Part shown: piece by piece, positions 8,912 to 16,414 of the stretch | Position numbering within the stretch: the first letter of the stretch is position 1 | Layout: each line of letters starts with the position of its first letter | NCBI GenBank assembly: GCA_035493515.1 | Contig: DATJID010000026.1 | Coordinates: forward strand, 173 to 64,172 | Length of the DNA stretch: 64,000 nt | Reading direction: 5' to 3' | Source: Candidatus Binataceae bacterium | GTDB lineage: Bacteria > Desulfobacterota > Binatia > Binatales > Binataceae | Notes under the pieces: model-generated | What the model was told of the DNA's origin: nothing | The model's database searches: none | The model's input: the letters and a program-made list of their open reading frames with translations, nothing else | Position numbers and translations under genes: made by a program

Positions 8912-10532
8912 GCTCAAAGAGCTGAAGACCGCCGAACTCAGGCACGAGCCCGGCGCGCGCCGTGACCTGGTGGTCACGCTCAACCGGCGCTCGGCGCCGC
9001 GCCTCATCGCCTATGGCGACGACTTCTGGTACGAGAAGCTGCCCGCCGGCACGCGCGTGATCTATCCGCCGCCGCCGCTGGAGCCGCTGGCCGATCCCGA
9101 TGCCGCGATTCGCTACGCGCTTCTGCGCCCCGAAAACGCCGACCCGCTGTTCGCCCAGCTCAATCCCAACATGCGCGTCACCATCGCGATCGACGACATC
9201 AGCCTGCCGTTGCCCCAGATGCGCCGGCCCGATATCCGCGAGCGCGCGCTCAACATCGTGCTGCAGACGCTGGCCGACTATGGGGTCGACGACGTTCATC
9301 TAATCGTCGCGACCTCGCTGCATCGCCGAATGACCGAGGCCGAGATTCGGCGCATGGTGGGTGAGCGCGCGTTCAAGCAATTCTGGCCCGAGCGGCTGTA
9401 CAACTTCGACGCCGAGAATCGTGCCGAAATCGCGATGCTCGGCAAGACCGATCATGGCGAAGAGGTCTGGCTCTCGCGGCGCGCGGCCGAGTCCGACCTG
9501 TTGCTCTATCTCAATATCAATCTGGTTCCGATGGACGGCGGCCACAAATCGGTCGCGGTCGGCCTCGCTCCCTATCAGAGCCTGCGCCACCATCACAATC
9601 CCGCAACGCTGCGACAGTGCAACTCATACATGGACCCGACCCGCTCGGCGCTGCACAACTCGGCCAACCGGATGGGCCGGCTGGTCAACGAGCACGTCAA
9701 CGTCTTCACCATCGAGACCGCAATCAACAACCAGATGTACGGCGGGATGCTCGATTTCCTGCAAAAGAACGAAGACCGCTTTTCGGATTGGGACCGGATG
9801 CGCCTGAAGGGTTTTCGCTGGACGCTCGGCAACATGTCGGATTCGATGCGCCGCCAGGTGCTCAACCAATACGCCGCGCCCTATTCGATGACCGGTGTAT
9901 GGGCCGGCGAGACCGACGCGGTGCATCGCAAGGCGCTGGCCCGCGTGTTCCAGCAGTATGCGGTGCCGGTCAAGGGCCAGTCCGACGTGCTGATCGTCGG
10001 CGTCCCTTACGTCTGTCCGTACAACGTGAACTCGGTGATGAATCCAGTGCTGGTGCAGTGCACCGGCCTCGGCTACCTGTTCAACATGTTCCGCGGCAAG
10101 CCGCTGGTACGCGAAGGCGGCACCGTGATCATCTGCCATCCGCTGCGCGATCAGTTCCATCCCGAGCATCATCCAAGTTACATCGAGTTCTTCCATCGCT
10201 GCCTGCGCGAGACCACCGACGCCACTGAACTGGAGCGCAACTTCGAGGCCGAGTTCGCGCGCAATCCGACCTACGTTCACATGTACCGCTACGGCCATGC
10301 CTACCACGGCGTGCATCCGTTCTACATGTGGTACTGGGGCGAGCCGGCCCGTCAGCACGTCGGACGGGTGATCGCGGCTGGATGCGAGGAGCCGGAAGTC
10401 GCAACGCGCATGGGATGGGAATCCGCCGACACGCTGGACGAGGCGATCGCGATGGCGACGTCGGATCTGGGGCGCTCGGCCAGTATCACCTATCTCCACT
10501 TACCGCCGCTGGTGATAGCCGATGTCGAATAG
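8892..10532 (+). CDS. LarA-like (lactate racemase N-terminal domain / DUF2088) protein, 546 aa
   Basis: RVTIAIDDISLPLP...VHLIVATSLHRRMTEAEI...LLLYLNINLVPMDGGHKSVAVGL resembles the Lar_N fold motifs. ATG at 8892 chosen (MARPEGK...). The track start at 8805 lies inside the HAD gene. Confidence 0.7.
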   Translation: MARPEGKLKELKTAELRHEPGARRDLVVTLNRRSAPRLIAYGDDFWYEKLPAGTRVIYPPPPLEPLADPDAAIRYALLRPENADPLFAQLNPNMRVTIAIDDISLPLPQMRRPDIRERALNIVLQTLADYGVDDVHLIVATSLHRRMTEAEIRRMVGERAFKQFWPERLYNFDAENRAEIAMLGKTDHGEEVWLSRRAAESDLLLYLNINLVPMDGGHKSVAVGLAPYQSLRHHHNPATLRQCNSYMDPTRSALHNSANRMGRLVNEHVNVFTIETAINNQMYGGMLDFLQKNEDRFSDWDRMRLKGFRWTLGNMSDSMRRQVLNQYAAPYSMTGVWAGETDAVHRKALARVFQQYAVPVKGQSDVLIVGVPYVCPYNVNSVMNPVLVQCTGLGYLFNMFRGKPLVREGGTVIICHPLRDQFHPEHHPSYIEFFHRCLRETTDATELERNFEAEFARNPTYVHMYRYGHAYHGVHPFYMWYWGEPARQHVGRVIAAGCEEPEVATRMGWESADTLDEAIAMATSDLGRSASITYLHLPPLVIADVE

Positions 10533-13500
10533 CAATGGAACTAACGGCAACGCCGCACGCACCGCGATGGCGCCGCTCGAACAGACCCTGCGCCGCCGCC
10601 GCATCCTGCTCACCGGCGCGACCGGCTTTCTCGGCAAGGTCTTCCTCTCGCTGCTCCTGCGCTGGCATCCGGAGGTCGAGCGCGTCTATCTGCTCATCCG
10701 CGGCGACCGGCGCCTCGCGCTTAGTCGTTTGCGCCGCGAAATTCTCGATTCGCCCGTCTTCGGTCCGTTGCGCGAACATCTGGGCGACCGCTTCGACCGC
10801 TACGTCGAAGAAAAACTCACCGTGCTCTGCGGCGACATTACGGAGGAGGATCTGGTTTCCGAAGGCGACGCGCCCGGCCGCGGCGAGATCGACGCCGTGG
10901 TGCATTGCGCCGGGCTGGTCAATTTCGAGGCCTCGCTGGAAAAATCGCTCTCGGTCAACACCACGGGGGTCGCCCATGTGATCGAGTTCTGCCGCAAGCG
11001 CGGCGCAGCCCTGCTTCACGTTTCTACCTGCTACGCCGCGGGCAATGCCGACGGTCATCGTTTCGAGGACGACACGCCGGTCGACTGGTGCCCCAACGGC
11101 CGGCGCAACTTCACGCTGCGGCGCGAGATTCGCGACGCGCTCGCCGCCGTCGCCCGCGTGGAAGCTGAATCCCACGACCAGGTGCGCCAGGCCGACGAGC
11201 TTCACGTGGTCAACGCCGACCCCGACGGCGGTGACGCCCATGAAGCCGCGGCTCAGCGCTGGCGCAAGCGATGGGTCGAGGAGCGGCTGAAGGAGATCGG
11301 CCTGGAGCGCGCGCGTCGATGGGGATGGCCCAACACCTACAGCTACAGCAAGAGCCTCGGCGAACAGTTGGTGTTCGCCGCGCAGGACTCGATCGCGGCG
11401 ACCGTTGCGCGTCCCTCAATTATCGAGAGCGCCCTTCGCGATCCGTTCCCGGGATGGAACCAGGGCGTCAACACCAGCGCGCCGCTGACTTATCTTTCAG
11501 GCCGCGGCTATCGCTTCTACCCGGCCAAAGGCGAACTGGTGCTCGACATCATACCGGTCGATCTGGCGGCGCACGCGATGATTCCGATTCTTGCGGCGCT
11601 GCTCGCCGGGCGCCACAAACCTATCTACCAGCTCTGCACCTCGGACGTGAATCCGCTGCCGATGCGCCGGCTGGTCGAGCTCACCGGGCTCAGCAACCGC
11701 CGCGAGCATCGCCGGGTCGGCGGCCCGATGGGCCGCTTCGCGCCACATCTTGAGGCGGTAGTCGTTTCGCAAAGTACCTACGAACTCGCGAGCCAGACGC
11801 TGCCCGAGTTGCTCAAGAAAGGCGCCGGAGCCGCGCGCACCCTGCTTGGCGAGGATTCCGAACGGGCGAAAAAATTTGAACAAGGGGTCGAGAAGTTTGG
11901 CGCCAATACCGCGATGGCGCGCGAGCTGGTCGAAGTCTATCGACCGTATATCCAGGAGCTGGTTTACACCTTCCACGGCACCAACATTCGCGCGCTCTAC
12001 AAGTCGCTCGCGGCGGCCGACGCCGAACATCATCCCTACGCGCCCGAGCGCGTCGATTGGGCGGATTACTGGATCAACGTGCATTTGCCGGGGCTGCGCC
12101 GGCACATCTTCAGCTCGCTCGATCTTCACACGCGCGGCCGCCCCACGGCTCCGGCGCGTCATCGTACGCTGACCGAGATGCTGGACCGCGCCGCCGAGCG
12201 TTACGGCTCGCGGCCGGCGCTGGTCGCGCGCCCGCCCTCGGGCGAGCGTGTCACGACGACCTACCGCGAGTTGCGCGACAGCTCGCATCGCGCCGGACTG
12301 CTGCTCGGGATGCGTGGGGTCAAGACCGGCGACCGGGTGCTGCTCATCGGCGAAAACTCCCCCGAGTGGGTGCTCGCGTACTTCGCGATTCTCGCCGCCG
12401 GCGCCGTCGCGGTGCCGCTGGACCATCTGATTTCGCCCGAGGAGCTCGCGCCGATCTGCCGCATCGCCACGCCTGCGGCGGCGCTGTGCTCGGCGGACGT
12501 AGCAAAACGCCTGGGCAATGCACTGGCCGAGATGGACGGCGACATCGTCGAGCTCGAGTTTACGGAACTAAGCCGTCCGTTCGTCCTCAAGGGACGGCCT
12601 GACGCGCGGCCCGCCCCCGAGCGCAAGACGCTCGCTTCCATCGTCTTCACCTCGGGCACCACCGGTGCGCCCAAGGGCGTGATGCTGACGCACGGGAATT
12701 TCGCCGCCGAAGTGGCGATGCTCGCACGGGTCTTTACGCTCGATTCGTCTGACGTGGTACTCTCGCTGCTTCCGCTCCATCACACCTTCGAATTTACCTG
12801 CGGGATGCTGTTGCCGCTCGCGCTCGGCGCGACCGTGGTCTATCCGCTCGGCGTGGACGCCGCTAGCCTCGCGCGTACACTGGCCGACGTGCGGCCGACG
12901 GCGGTGGTCGGAGTGCCCGCGCTGTGGGAAGCGGTTCATCGCCGCATCGTTGATGGTGTCGAAGCGCAGGGGCCGTTCCTCCACGCGCTGTTCGATCGGC
13001 TGCGCGATCTCAACCGCAGGTTCGATCGCGAATGGGGTCTCAACGCCGGCGCGATGCTTTTTCGCCAGGCCCATACCGCGCTTGGCGGACGGCTGCGGCT
13101 CGCCGTGAGCGGTGGGGCCGCGCTACCTCAGCGCGTCGCCAGCTTTTTCAATGACCTGGGCATCCGGCTGCTTGAAGGATACGGCCTGACCGAGGCGGCG
13201 CCCGTGCTGAGCGTCGCGCGTCCGGACGAGCCGATGGCTCCCGGGTCGGTCGGCAAGCCGCTCAACGGGGTCGAGATAAAGCTCGCCTCCAGCGGCGACG
13301 GCGCGGTGGGCGAAATCCTGGCGCGCGGGCCGAACGTGATGGCGGGGTACTACCACAACAAGGCCGCCACCGACGAGGTGCTGCACGACGGATGGCTGCG
13401 CACGGGCGATCTCGGCCGCCTCGACGAAGACGGACGGCTCTATATCGTGGGCCGCGCCAAGGACGTGATCGTCGATTCCGGCGGCAACAATATTTACATC

Positions 13501-14943
13501 GACGAACTCGAAGAGGTTTATGGCCATTCCTCGTATATCAAGGAACTTGCGATCGTAGGCTTGAAAGTTGGCCAAGGTGAGCAGGCCGCCGCGTTAGTCG
13601 TGCCCGCCTACGCGCGCGGAGAAAGCCGCCGCGCCGTCGAAGATAACCTGCGCACCCATTTTGAGAAAGTCGGCGCCGGACTCAGCCCGCACAAACGTAT
13701 CCGCATCCTGCGCTTCACCGACGCCGAGCTTCCGCGCACTCGCACGCGCAAGGTCATACGCCTCGAGGTCGCAAAAACGCTGGAGCGGATGCTCGAAACC
13801 CACGCCCAGGAGCGCGCGGCAGTCAGCTCCGAGGTCGAACCGTGGCTCGCCCAGGCGCTGGCGCAGGTCTCCAGCGGCATCGAGAGCATCACGCCCGCGA
13901 CCCGGCTCATCGAGGACCTCGGCCTCGACTCGCTGGCGATGGCCGAGCTGGCCGAGCATATCGCAGCGCATGCCGAACGCGAGCTGAGCCCTGCGCAGCT
14001 CGGCGATCTCCGCACCGTCGATGATCTGCAACGCGCCGTGGGCCAGGGACAGAACCGCCCTCGCCTGCCGTCGTACGCGCGCTTTGCGGAGCCGTTCACT
14101 CCGGCCCTGCCCGGCGCGCTCAAGCGCCTGGGCGAAGCGGCGTTTCGTGGCGCCCAGCGCCTCGCGTTCGACGGATGGTTGCGGCCGCGCGTACTGGGGC
14201 GCGGCAACGTTCCCGCCAACCGCAATTTCCTGGTGGTGGCCAATCACGCCAGCCATCTCGACTTCGCGCTCGCCAGCTATGCGCTGGGCGCGCCGGGCCG
14301 CGAACTGGTCGTGCTCGCCGCCAAGGATTATTTCTTCAATACCAATGCGCGCCGTTTCGTGGTCAGCAACTTCACCCGCCTCATTCCGTTCGATCGCGAG
14401 CGCGCCCAGCTCGACTCGCTCGACGACGCCATAGACGAACTCGAAGCCGGCCGCAGTGTGCTGATGTTTCCCGAGGGCACGCGCTCACCCGACGGCGCAA
14501 TCCATGAATTCAAAAGCGGCGCCGGCTACCTGGCGCTGCGCGGCGGATGTGACGTGCTCCCGGTCCGCATCAGCGGAACTTATGAGGTTCTGGGCAAAGG
14601 CAGCATCATCCCCCATCGCCGCCCGGTCGAGGTCCGAATCGGTCGCGTCATTACCAATGCCGAGTTGCGCGCGCTCGCTGACAATGCCGAGGGCACCGGC
14701 GCCTATCGCAAGCTCGCCGACGCGATGCGCGCCGCGGTGCTGGAACTGGGAGAGCGGATACTTTCCTCAGGCACAGCCAAGCGCACACGGCGCACGCACG
14801 CCGCGCCCGGCGGCGATGGCGGCGGCGCCGCCGAAGCCCCGGCCGAAACCGCTCCGCCGGCGGACGCGGCGCCCGAGGAGCCGCGGACCGCAAGTCGGCC
14901 GCGCCGGAACTCCGCACGCGCCAATCGGCGAGCCAAGGGCTGA
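10522..14943 (+). CDS. multidomain lipid enzyme: fatty-acyl reductase + acyl-AMP/CoA ligase + carrier protein + PlsC-type acyltransferase (ElbD-like)
   Basis: 1473 aa. Motifs TGATGFLGK and YSYSK (reductase), TSGTTGAPKG and GYGLTE (adenylation), GLDSL (phosphopantetheine Ser), NHASHLD and FPEGTRS (acyltransferase). ATG overlaps the preceding gene by 11 nt. Confidence 0.9.
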   Translation: MSNSNGTNGNAARTAMAPLEQTLRRRRILLTGATGFLGKVFLSLLLRWHPEVERVYLLIRGDRRLALSRLRREILDSPVFGPLREHLGDRFDRYVEEKLTVLCGDITEEDLVSEGDAPGRGEIDAVVHCAGLVNFEASLEKSLSVNTTGVAHVIEFCRKRGAALLHVSTCYAAGNADGHRFEDDTPVDWCPNGRRNFTLRREIRDALAAVARVEAESHDQVRQADELHVVNADPDGGDAHEAAAQRWRKRWVEERLKEIGLERARRWGWPNTYSYSKSLGEQLVFAAQDSIAATVARPSIIESALRDPFPGWNQGVNTSAPLTYLSGRGYRFYPAKGELVLDIIPVDLAAHAMIPILAALLAGRHKPIYQLCTSDVNPLPMRRLVELTGLSNRREHRRVGGPMGRFAPHLEAVVVSQSTYELASQTLPELLKKGAGAARTLLGEDSERAKKFEQGVEKFGANTAMARELVEVYRPYIQELVYTFHGTNIRALYKSLAAADAEHHPYAPERVDWADYWINVHLPGLRRHIFSSLDLHTRGRPTAPARHRTLTEMLDRAAERYGSRPALVARPPSGERVTTTYRELRDSSHRAGLLLGMRGVKTGDRVLLIGENSPEWVLAYFAILAAGAVAVPLDHLISPEELAPICRIATPAAALCSADVAKRLGNALAEMDGDIVELEFTELSRPFVLKGRPDARPAPERKTLASIVFTSGTTGAPKGVMLTHGNFAAEVAMLARVFTLDSSDVVLSLLPLHHTFEFTCGMLLPLALGATVVYPLGVDAASLARTLADVRPTAVVGVPALWEAVHRRIVDGVEAQGPFLHALFDRLRDLNRRFDREWGLNAGAMLFRQAHTALGGRLRLAVSGGAALPQRVASFFNDLGIRLLEGYGLTEAAPVLSVARPDEPMAPGSVGKPLNGVEIKLASSGDGAVGEILARGPNVMAGYYHNKAATDEVLHDGWLRTGDLGRLDEDGRLYIVGRAKDVIVDSGGNNIYIDELEEVYGHSSYIKELAIVGLKVGQGEQAAALVVPAYARGESRRAVEDNLRTHFEKVGAGLSPHKRIRILRFTDAELPRTRTRKVIRLEVAKTLERMLETHAQERAAVSSEVEPWLAQALAQVSSGIESITPATRLIEDLGLDSLAMAELAEHIAAHAERELSPAQLGDLRTVDDLQRAVGQGQNRPRLPSYARFAEPFTPALPGALKRLGEAAFRGAQRLAFDGWLRPRVLGRGNVPANRNFLVVANHASHLDFALASYALGAPGRELVVLAAKDYFFNTNARRFVVSNFTRLIPFDRERAQLDSLDDAIDELEAGRSVLMFPEGTRSPDGAIHEFKSGAGYLALRGGCDVLPVRISGTYEVLGKGSIIPHRRPVEVRIGRVITNAELRALADNAEGTGAYRKLADAMRAAVLELGERILSSGTAKRTRRTHAAPGGDGGGAAEAPAETAPPADAAPEEPRTASRPRRNSARANRRAKG
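10600..11631 (+). other. domain: NAD(P)-binding fatty-acyl reductase (NAD_binding_4-like)
   Basis: GxxGxxG at 10612-10635; YxxxK (YSYSK) at 11338-11352. Confidence 0.8.
12163..13761 (+). other. domain: AMP-dependent synthetase/ligase
   Basis: TSGTTGAPKG at 12649-12678; later EGYGLTE, TGDLG and a PRTRTRKV C-terminal lysine motif. Confidence 0.85.
13834..14037 (+). other. domain: acyl/peptidyl carrier (PP-binding)
   Basis: LIEDLGLDSLAMAEL; the predicted phosphopantetheinyl Ser codon is tcg at 13930-13932. Confidence 0.75.
14194..14601 (+). other. domain: PlsC/AGPAT-type acyltransferase
   Basis: HxxxxD box NHASHLD at 14242-14262; FPEGTRS block downstream. Followed by an Ala/Pro/Arg-rich tail. 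Confidence 0.8.
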
Positions 14944-15102
14944 GCGCGCGCGTCATCAGCCCAGGCGCCGGCGCCCCTGTGGACCGCTGCATTTTCAGCG
15001 GTTAGCAGGTTCGCGCCGATGAGCTAAGCTGAGAGTCGACGGACGCACGAGGGTGCCGCGGCGACCGCGCATCGTCACCGGAGCGCGCACCTTCGTCAAA
15101 CG

Positions 15103-15636
15103 ATGGATTGGTTCAGCAAACGCCCCGATCATCAGAGCCACGTGGCGCGAAACCGAGGCCGTCCCTCAGTCACCGAAATTTCTCCTGGCCTGCTGGTTGG
15201 CGAATTTCCTCGTCCTGAGGACATCGCCTGGCTCAAGTCGGAGTTCGGCGTGACCGCCATCCACAATCTCCAGGATGACGAAGACTTGACGCTCAACGGA
15301 CTGCGCGAGCGCGAGCTTGCGGAGGCGTGCCGCTTGAGCGAGATGAAATTCGTCCGCACACAGATCCAGGATGGCAGTGCGGACGCGATGGCCGAGCGGC
15401 TCGACGATACGTTGGAGGCTCTTGCCAGCCTCATCGGCGATGGCGAGCGGGTTTACCTGCACTGCAATGCGGGTCTCAATCGCGCGCCGACGCTGGCGAT
15501 CGCGTACTTGCGCGCGCATGGCAAAATGTCACTCGACGAGGCCTGCGCCCACGTCAAGGCGCGTCGCACCTGCGGCCCATTCATGACGATTTTGGAGGAC
15601 TACTTCGGACCGCGCCATCACAAGCCCGGCCAATGA
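15103..15636 (+). CDS. dual-specificity (Cys-based) phosphatase-family protein
   Basis: 177 aa. ISPGLLVGEFP entry motif, an upstream acid (IQDGSAD) and the catalytic loop VYLHCNAGLNRAPT (HCxxGxxR). Confidence 0.8.
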   Translation: MDWFSKRPDHQSHVARNRGRPSVTEISPGLLVGEFPRPEDIAWLKSEFGVTAIHNLQDDEDLTLNGLRERELAEACRLSEMKFVRTQIQDGSADAMAERLDDTLEALASLIGDGERVYLHCNAGLNRAPTLAIAYLRAHGKMSLDEACAHVKARRTCGPFMTILEDYFGPRHHKPGQ

Positions 15637-15709
15637 GCCGGTTGCGCGGACGAGCCGCGACGCAGCGACGCGCGCGCGCGAGCGCTGGCTGCGGCTTTGC
15701 GCCTGGGGC

Positions 15710-16414
15710 GTGCATCTATACACCGCGCTCGGCGCGATCGCCGGCCTGGTTTCAATCGATTGCGCCGCGCGCGGCGATTTTCGCGCGAGCTTCATCGCGA
15801 TGGCGGTCGCCACCGCGATTGATTCCAGCGACGGTCCGCTCGCGCGCCTGCTCGAAGTGCGCCGGCGCATCCCGCACTTCGACGGCGCATTGCTCGACAA
15901 CATCGTCGACTACCTGACCTACGTGCTCGCTCCGGTCTTCTTGATGCTGCGCGCGGGAATTCTCGAGCCTGGGCTCGGCGGATTTCTCGTCGGCGGCTTT
16001 GCGATGCTGGCAAGCGGCTACGGCTTTTGCCATGTCGAGGCCAAGACCGACGATCATTACTTCCGCGGTTTTCCTTCGTACTGGAACCTGGTCGCGTTTT
16101 ACCTCTATTGTCTTGGCGTCGGCACGCTCGCCGGCACGATCGTCGTTGCGGTGTTCGCGGTGATGGTGTTCGTGCCGATCAAATACATCTATCCGAACCG
16201 TACTGGGCCGCTGCGTGCCGTTACTCTAACGCTGGCGATCGCCTGGGGGATAGTCACGCTCGCGCTGCTGGCCGAGTTGCCCGCTAATCATCCCGTATTA
16301 CTCTTCGCATCGCTGTCGTTCATCACTTATTACCTGGTCGCCTCGTTCATCCTGCACGCGCGCGCGGCGCTGAAACTTCGGCGTTACCGGTCCGGCGGCG
16401 CGGGGCAACATTGA
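15710..16414 (+). CDS. pcs: phosphatidylcholine synthase family (CDP-alcohol phosphatidyltransferase)
   Basis: DSSDGPLARLLEVRRRIPHFDGALLDNIVDYLTYV fits D(x)2DG(x)2AR...G(x)3D(x)3D. VHLYTALG, KTDDHYFRGFPSYWN and FVPIKYIYP match my memory of rhizobial Pcs. The true N-terminus may lie upstream (see findings). Confidence 0.8.
   Translation: MHLYTALGAIAGLVSIDCAARGDFRASFIAMAVATAIDSSDGPLARLLEVRRRIPHFDGALLDNIVDYLTYVLAPVFLMLRAGILEPGLGGFLVGGFAMLASGYGFCHVEAKTDDHYFRGFPSYWNLVAFYLYCLGVGTLAGTIVVAVFAVMVFVPIKYIYPNRTGPLRAVTLTLAIAWGIVTLALLAELPANHPVLLFASLSFITYYLVASFILHARAALKLRRYRSGGAGQH

Noticed and set aside
15327-15917. 196-aa ORF bridging the phosphatase and pcs genes
   Set aside because: It is out of frame with both well-supported genes and has no recognisable features.
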